IMG/VR virus record: IMGVR_UViG_3300009034_000003
Direction: 5' to 3' (one strand)
Length of the DNA stretch: 29,664 bases
DNA from: a virus
Taxonomy: Duplodnaviria; Heunggongvirae; Uroviricota; Caudoviricetes
Shown here: positions 25,364 to 29,664 of the stretch, in pieces
Layout of the letters: each line of letters opens with the position of its first letter
Position numbering within the stretch: position 1 is the stretch's first letter
Made by a program: the position numbers and the translations under genes
The notes under the pieces: model-generated
The model's database searches: none
What the model was told of the DNA's origin: nothing
What the model saw: only the letters and a program-made list of their open reading frames with translations

Positions 25364-25487
25364 GAGTTATCCAAATGCCTACTGTGAACCAAGACAAAAG
25401 TGTACAGTCAAAAGCCACTTGAGAACCATACACGAGATGCACAAAAGCCATATAATGAACGTGAACCAGGCTGGTACTGCGTAGTTA
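25364..25487 (+). repeat. TIGR-like mini-array (3 units)
   Basis: Same two repeats and 9-nt spacers as 28135-29069; 25371-25430 is 59/60 identical to 28216-28275. Confidence 0.8.
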
Positions 25488-25492
25488 ACCTA

Positions 25493-25543
25493 TATACCCT
25501 CTTTTTGATTTTTGCAAAATGTTCCTTGCGCTCATATAATATA
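25493..25543 (+). promoter_or_regulatory. Sigma70-type promoter
   Basis: TTGCAA 25512-25517, 17-bp spacer, TATAAT 25535-25540. Confidence 0.85.
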
Positions 25544-25583
25544 GCGAAGCAAAATAAATTATTGTACATAAGGAGGTAGAAAA

Positions 25584-26075
25584 ATGACCGAAGCTGAAGT
25601 TGGCCTGTTCTTCCTACTCCTCTTTGGAGCTTGTGGCGTGGCAGGTATAGTATATGGGGTAGTTATGTGGAGACGTCATAGGTCCAAGAAAAAGAAGTTC
25701 AGGGTTCAGAACCCAGTAAGAGTACCAACAGATACGGTACTAGACATCAAGAAATACCTGACAGAGATAAAAGGTGAGGTGTGTGAACCTTGTTTTTATG
25801 TAGAAGCCAACTTGCGCGTTAGAGGCTATGCCGAGATGGATTGGGGTTCTGGTATGTGGGACATGTCTGCTTCTCTCCATATCTTTATTGAAGAAAAGGA
25901 CGCAGATGATTCCTGGCACTGCATCTACCATTATGAAGGAGTAGATGCCCCTATAGCTTCTGGTGTCTCTTCGGGGGAAGGTGCCACTGGTGATAGTACA
26001 AAGCTCCACAAGATACAAGAAGCGTGTGCATGGCTAAAACAGTACGCTAGTGACAAGGCACTAGTATCTGGTTAG
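25584..26075 (+). CDS. Membrane-anchored hypothetical protein
   Basis: N-terminal TM followed by basic residues; AAGGAGG RBS. Confidence 0.8.
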   Translation: MTEAEVGLFFLLLFGACGVAGIVYGVVMWRRHRSKKKKFRVQNPVRVPTDTVLDIKKYLTEIKGEVCEPCFYVEANLRVRGYAEMDWGSGMWDMSASLHIFIEEKDADDSWHCIYHYEGVDAPIASGVSSGEGATGDSTKLHKIQEACAWLKQYASDKALVSG

Positions 26076-26099
26076 ACTATACATAAGGAGGGAAGGAAA

Positions 26100-26645
26100 T
26101 TGGACAAGTTAAAGACAATTGAAGCACTGGTATGGGAGAATCAGGAATGGAAAGCGTTTATCCTTTCTATTGCTGAGGCTTGGCTTGAGTGTATGAGTAT
26201 AGATTACCGTCACTTCGGCACAAAATATCATTTATCTTTTGAGTCTGATGGTTTCTTCTTCATCTTCCACATACCTGGAGGGTCTAGGTCCCATAATAAG
26301 TCCCACCGCGTGAGGTTGAAATTGACGAGGTCGGAGATGGAAACTGCAATAGAGGGTACATTTTTTAAGCGGGAGAAAACCAGGAAGAGAAATATACCAG
26401 TCTTAACACTTGTTGACAAAGTTACTAGGACATATCATTATGACAGGGAGGCCCCAATCATAGAGTTTCTTGAAACTGCGGATTGGGCACTTGAGTCTGT
26501 TAATACGGACGAGTTGGTTAGCTTGAGGCAGGCTCTTGAGGCTGTTAACTTGGAACTATCGTGTCGGAAACAGAAGCTGCAAGAGCTTTTGGATGAGCAG
26601 GAGGGTAAAGAGGTTTTCCTGGAGGCTCTAGTAAAAGTGTTATAA
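26100..26645 (+). CDS. Hypothetical protein with C-terminal coiled coil
   Basis: 181 aa, TTG start, AAGGAGG RBS. Confidence 0.75.
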   Translation: MDKLKTIEALVWENQEWKAFILSIAEAWLECMSIDYRHFGTKYHLSFESDGFFFIFHIPGGSRSHNKSHRVRLKLTRSEMETAIEGTFFKREKTRKRNIPVLTLVDKVTRTYHYDREAPIIEFLETADWALESVNTDELVSLRQALEAVNLELSCRKQKLQELLDEQEGKEVFLEALVKVL

Positions 26646-26659
26646 AGGAGGGATAAAAC

Positions 26660-26854
26660 TTGAACGAAGACCTAGCTGAAGAAATAGAGGAATTGACAGA
26701 GAGATTTGGAGCAAAGGCGAGTGTGATCCTAAAGGCCGGTGCTAAATATGAAAATGTATCTCCTGAGGCAATGTCGGTAATGACGTCTGCTATGCTTCTC
26801 GCGTATCTCTTTATGCGTGGGGGATTACACAACAGTGCCCAAGAGAAACACTAA
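26660..26854 (+). CDS. Hypothetical protein
   Basis: 64 aa, TTG start, AAGGAGG RBS. Confidence 0.7.
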   Translation: MNEDLAEEIEELTERFGAKASVILKAGAKYENVSPEAMSVMTSAMLLAYLFMRGGLHNSAQEKH

Positions 26855-26863
26855 GGAAAAGCA

Positions 26864-26992
26864 ATGAAATACTTTAGCTCGGAGGAGACAAGCGAATTTT
26901 CATGGCGTGTAAGAGCCTGGCTCTGGCTACTTACATTCCTTATCAGTCATAGTCCGAAGGAGATCAAGGATGTAAAAATTGAATATCACTAG
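26864..26992 (+). CDS. Small hypothetical protein (42 aa, MKYFSSEETS...)
   Basis: Manual translation; fills the gap between neighbours. Confidence 0.5.
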   Translation: MKYFSSEETSEFSWRVRAWLWLLTFLISHSPKEIKDVKIEYH

Positions 26993-27254
26993 AAGGAGAG
27001 GAACAATAGCGTATAGAGACCGGAAAGAGCTTAAAAAGATGTATGGCGAGCCAGATTGCCCTGCGAGTGCTTTGCACTGGATAGTTGCTATAATCCACGA
27101 TTGGCTTATAAATGATACAATTGAAGCTATACGCGTGATCCTTACAGGAACCCAGGGTCTTATCGGTAGTAACCGAAGTCCTCTGGAGGGTAAGATCAAG
27201 GAAGTGCTAGAGTATCTGGACCTAAGAGGAAAAGGAGACAATGGACATACCTGA
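26979..27254 (+). CDS. Hypothetical protein (start uncertain)
   Basis: 91 aa; overlaps the HNH gene start. Confidence 0.6.
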   Translation: MNITRRRGTIAYRDRKELKKMYGEPDCPASALHWIVAIIHDWLINDTIEAIRVILTGTQGLIGSNRSPLEGKIKEVLEYLDLRGKGDNGHT

Positions 27255-27795
27255 CAATATACAATACCTTTGGTGGATGCTAGAGGAACACGGAGTCACA
27301 AGTAAACAAGTCAAAGTAAGATTGCTGCAGGAACTCAAGCGCTATGACCCAAGCAAACGACCTTATAAGATGAAGTATGATCGTTACTTGGAATCAGGAC
27401 ACTGGCTAAAGTTCAGGATATACATGCTACGCGAGTATCCTGAGTGTCAGTTTTGTGACTGCGAGGAAACTCTCCTTGTCCATCACACTAACTACGATCA
27501 TCTGGGCGAAGAAGACGAATACCGCGATGTGACTGTGCTGTGTAGCGAGTGTCACGAGGCATTCCATACTTTTGCGAACCTCTTTGTGGATAGGAAATAT
27601 AGGGAAAAGTTTCTATATCCACGAGCTGGTTCTTTTCTTGATGGGAATAACAGGTTCAAGTTCGGAAAGCACAAAGGCGAAAGCTTAAGCTATGTGAGAA
27701 GTGTCGATCCCGGCTATGTTGACTGGGTGCACGGTGAGTCAAAATACGAGAGTGATAGACACGCGATCGAAGAACCAGATTATGATGACTACTAG
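27241..27795 (+). CDS. HNH endonuclease with C-terminal FGKHKG...DPGY.xW module
   Basis: CQFC...LLVHH.NY...VTVLCSECHEAFH; FKFGKHKGESL...VDPGYVDW. Confidence 0.85.
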   Translation: MDIPDNIQYLWWMLEEHGVTSKQVKVRLLQELKRYDPSKRPYKMKYDRYLESGHWLKFRIYMLREYPECQFCDCEETLLVHHTNYDHLGEEDEYRDVTVLCSECHEAFHTFANLFVDRKYREKFLYPRAGSFLDGNNRFKFGKHKGESLSYVRSVDPGYVDWVHGESKYESDRHAIEEPDYDDY

Positions 27796-27841
27796 ATGAC
27801 CATGTAATAATATAGCGAACCCTAAACAAAGGAGTTTGCAA

Positions 27842-28138
27842 ATGGAACGCACAGAAGAATGTTCAGAAGTGACATACCAGGCTTTTTGTTTGTTGCAACG
27901 TGTAGCAGAACTCTTGCACATGGAGGAACTGTCCTTGTCTGTAGCAAGCTATATGCTTGGCATTTCGCTGATGGACGCTAAGGGGCTCAGTCTTAATTGG
28001 CGTCTTCTTCCCTGTACTGCACACCCACTTGTAGCACAGTACTGTGGCGAAGATGTGAAGACGTTACTGACGTGGGACGATTGCGATGCATGTGCGAACA
28101 GAGAGGACTGCCCCGCTAGAATAGGAGAACCCCAATAG
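27842..28138 (+). CDS. Cys-rich hypothetical protein directly upstream of the array (98 aa)
   Basis: ATG 27842 with AAAGGAG RBS; C-terminal CxxCxxxxxC; its stop codon abuts the array start. Confidence 0.7.
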   Translation: MERTEECSEVTYQAFCLLQRVAELLHMEELSLSVASYMLGISLMDAKGLSLNWRLLPCTAHPLVAQYCGEDVKTLLTWDDCDACANREDCPARIGEPQ

Positions 28139-29069
28139 AAACCAAAGTTCTCCTGAGAACCAAGCAATATGTGTACAGCCAATCATGATATGAGAACCGT
28201 AATGGTTTTGCATAGCCAAATGTCTACTGTGAACCAAGACAAAAGTGTACAGTCAAAAGCCACTTGAGAACCATAGCTGTAATGCATAGCCAACATATGA
28301 CTGGGAACCAAGACAATAGTGCTTAGCCAAGAATGAGTTGAGAACCGTGCTTGAAATGCACAGCCGATATAAGATAGGGAACCAGGTGTATATTGCGTAG
28401 TCAGAGAACCAATGGGAACTAAACCTTACATGCGTAGCCAAACGGCCATTGAGAACTAGAGGAGCTTTGTGTAGCCAACGTTGAATTGAGAACTAGGTAG
28501 CATATGCGTAGCCATTGCCGCAATGATAACCAAGCAAGAGATGCGCAGCCGTCGTCTACATGAGAACCTAGTCAACCTTGCATCAGTCAAAGCTCTCTTG
28601 GGAACCAAACCTTATATGTGTAGCCGTTGCTCATATGTGAATCAGGAGTTGTTTGCGTAGCCAAAGCTCACCTGAGAACCAGGAGTTGTTTGCATAGCCA
28701 TCATACATTTGTGAGCCGCATCGCAGTTGCATAGCCATATTCAATGTGCGAACCATACTGTTTCTGTGTAGCCATAGACGGAATGAGAACCGTGCCTAGG
28801 TTGCGTAGCCACGTGGACACTGGGAACCAGGTAGATAGTGCGTAGCCATCATCAACACGTGAACCCTACACTAATTGCACAACCAATCTCTAGATGGGAA
28901 CCTAGCCGGCTTTGTATAGCCAGACGTTTGATGAGAACCGTGAACTATCTGATAGCCATCTTACACATAGGAACCATGCCGGCATTGCATAGCCATCTAT
29001 AATTTGTGAACCATACGAGAATTGCGTAGCCGTGATACTCATGAGAACCTTTCTTTCCTTGCCTATACC
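28135..29069 (+). repeat. TIGR-like dual-repeat, dual-spacer array (25 units, 37-bp period)
   Basis: TGDGAACCR boxes at 28154, 28191, 28228 ... 29042, spacing 37 (one 38, one 36), alternating with TGCRTAGCCR; variable 9-nt spacers. Confidence 0.88.
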
Positions 29070-29114
29070 CTCTTTTTGATTTTTGCAAAACGTTCCTTTT
29101 GCTCATATAATATA
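29064..29114 (+). promoter_or_regulatory. Sigma70-type promoter
   Basis: TTGCAA 29083-29088, 17 bp, TATAAT 29106-29111; 48/51 identical to 25493-25543. Confidence 0.85.
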
Positions 29115-29134
29115 ATGAAGGAGATATAAACATT

Positions 29135-29419
29135 ATGAACTCTGAAGACATTCTAAACATTAGACTAGAACGTAGTTATGAGACCGATGCAATTACTATC
29201 AAAGAGTATTTTATAAAATTGCTATCGACACTATGGCGAGAAGCTGACCGCTTTTCTGGGAAGAGGCCGTTCGGGAGCTCGAACTGGCAGTACTGTGTTT
29301 ATAAGGCTCTGATTAAGCACGGCGTTGTTCCTGGTGAGCTCGATGAAGAGGATGACATAGTAGAAGTTGATACTAAACAGGCCGACGAAATTATACAACA
29401 AGCAATCAGATCACTATAA
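29135..29419 (+). CDS. Conserved hypothetical phage protein
   Basis: TIKEYF..LL.TLW.E...FSGKRPFGSSNW motif recalled from phage hypotheticals; GAAGGAG RBS. Confidence 0.75.
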   Translation: MNSEDILNIRLERSYETDAITIKEYFIKLLSTLWREADRFSGKRPFGSSNWQYCVYKALIKHGVVPGELDEEDDIVEVDTKQADEIIQQAIRSL

Positions 29420-29437
29420 CACACCGGAGGAGGACCT

Positions 29438-29626
29438 ATGCAAAGAGTAGCTATCTATACTGGTAGGAAGCTCGGGGACTACGTTCTATGCAGAAGGGAT
29501 GATTTTGTAGAGACGGTCATGAGCAAATGTAGAGAGTGCGACCATCATGAAAAGGTTGCTAAACAAGATCCGAGTAACCCTTTTAACTATAACTTGGAAG
29601 TAATGTGTGCTTACGAAAAAGAATGA
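29438..29626 (+). CDS. Cys-rich small protein
   Basis: 62 aa, GGAGGAGG RBS. Confidence 0.7.
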   Translation: MQRVAIYTGRKLGDYVLCRRDDFVETVMSKCRECDHHEKVAKQDPSNPFNYNLEVMCAYEKE

Positions 29627-29641
29627 GGAGACTACGCAACC

Positions 29642-29664
29642 ATGAGCATTCGTGCTATGCTCAA
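29642..29664 (+). CDS. Partial CDS, runs off window edge
   Basis: GAGGAG RBS then ATG. Confidence 0.4.

Noticed and set aside
27241-27795. HNH protein as TasH
   Set aside because: Only 184 aa; the C-terminus is an FGKHKG/DPGY module, with no room or motif for a Nop domain.
28627-28635. Self-target hits of single spacers: ttgctcata at 29099, ggtgtatat at 24980, near-match gaggagct at 16052
   Set aside because: Partner spacers do not match adjacent DNA; roughly ten single 9-mer hits are expected by chance for 50 spacers in about 59 kb of both strands.
28181-28986. Enrichment of short palindromes in spacers (atcatgat, agccggct, atgccggcat, cctagg)
   Set aside because: Count is close to the rough chance expectation for ~900 bp; needs a formal test.
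28135-29069. CRISPR array
   Set aside because: Repeats are only 9-10 nt, of two alternating types and degenerate; spacers are 9 nt; no cas genes.
28253-29160. Minus-strand ORFs 28253-28441 and 28945-29160 as repeat-protein genes
   Set aside because: The 37-bp period breaks the frame, stops are frequent, there is no RBS, and the second ORF crosses a promoter.
1-29664. TAG stop-codon recoding, suggested by abundant CTAG
   Set aside because: Genes tile cleanly under the standard code with TAG stops followed by an RBS; CTAG is largely explained by CTA Leu codons.
1-29664. tRNA/rRNA genes, DGR, IS element or integrase
   Set aside because: No cloverleaf or T-loop motif, reverse transcriptase, transposase or recombinase signature was seen by eye; a tRNAscan-SE run would confirm.

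Overview
Gene-dense segment of what looks like a large bacteriophage genome, covering an accessory or early region. About 68 small, mostly hypothetical genes (22-243 aa) run leftward on the minus strand from 24816 to 1. A non-coding switch region follows (24820-25580), then about 10 rightward genes. Strong GGAGG ribosome-binding sites and TTGCAA-17bp-TATAAT promoters point to a bacterial host; no capsid, terminase, polymerase, integrase, tRNA or rRNA gene was recognised. The stand-out feature is a 25-unit, 37-bp dual-repeat array at 28135-29069, built as TGCRTAGCCR-N9-TGDGAACCR-N9 with variable 9-nt spacers. This architecture matches TIGR (tandem interspaced guide RNA) arrays. A second 3-unit mini-array at 25364-25487 shares 59/60 nt with it, and both arrays end in a near-identical sigma70 promoter cassette. 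No Nop-domain Tas gene is visible in the window. Other notable elements: a TA-tract/G-run repeat at the strand switch (possible origin or terminus), a putative antisense structured ncRNA (~15890-16070), a stand-alone CysRS anticodon-binding-like domain fusion preceded by a 22-bp hairpin, and several paralogous hypothetical families. All family calls are from motif recognition by eye; no database search was run.
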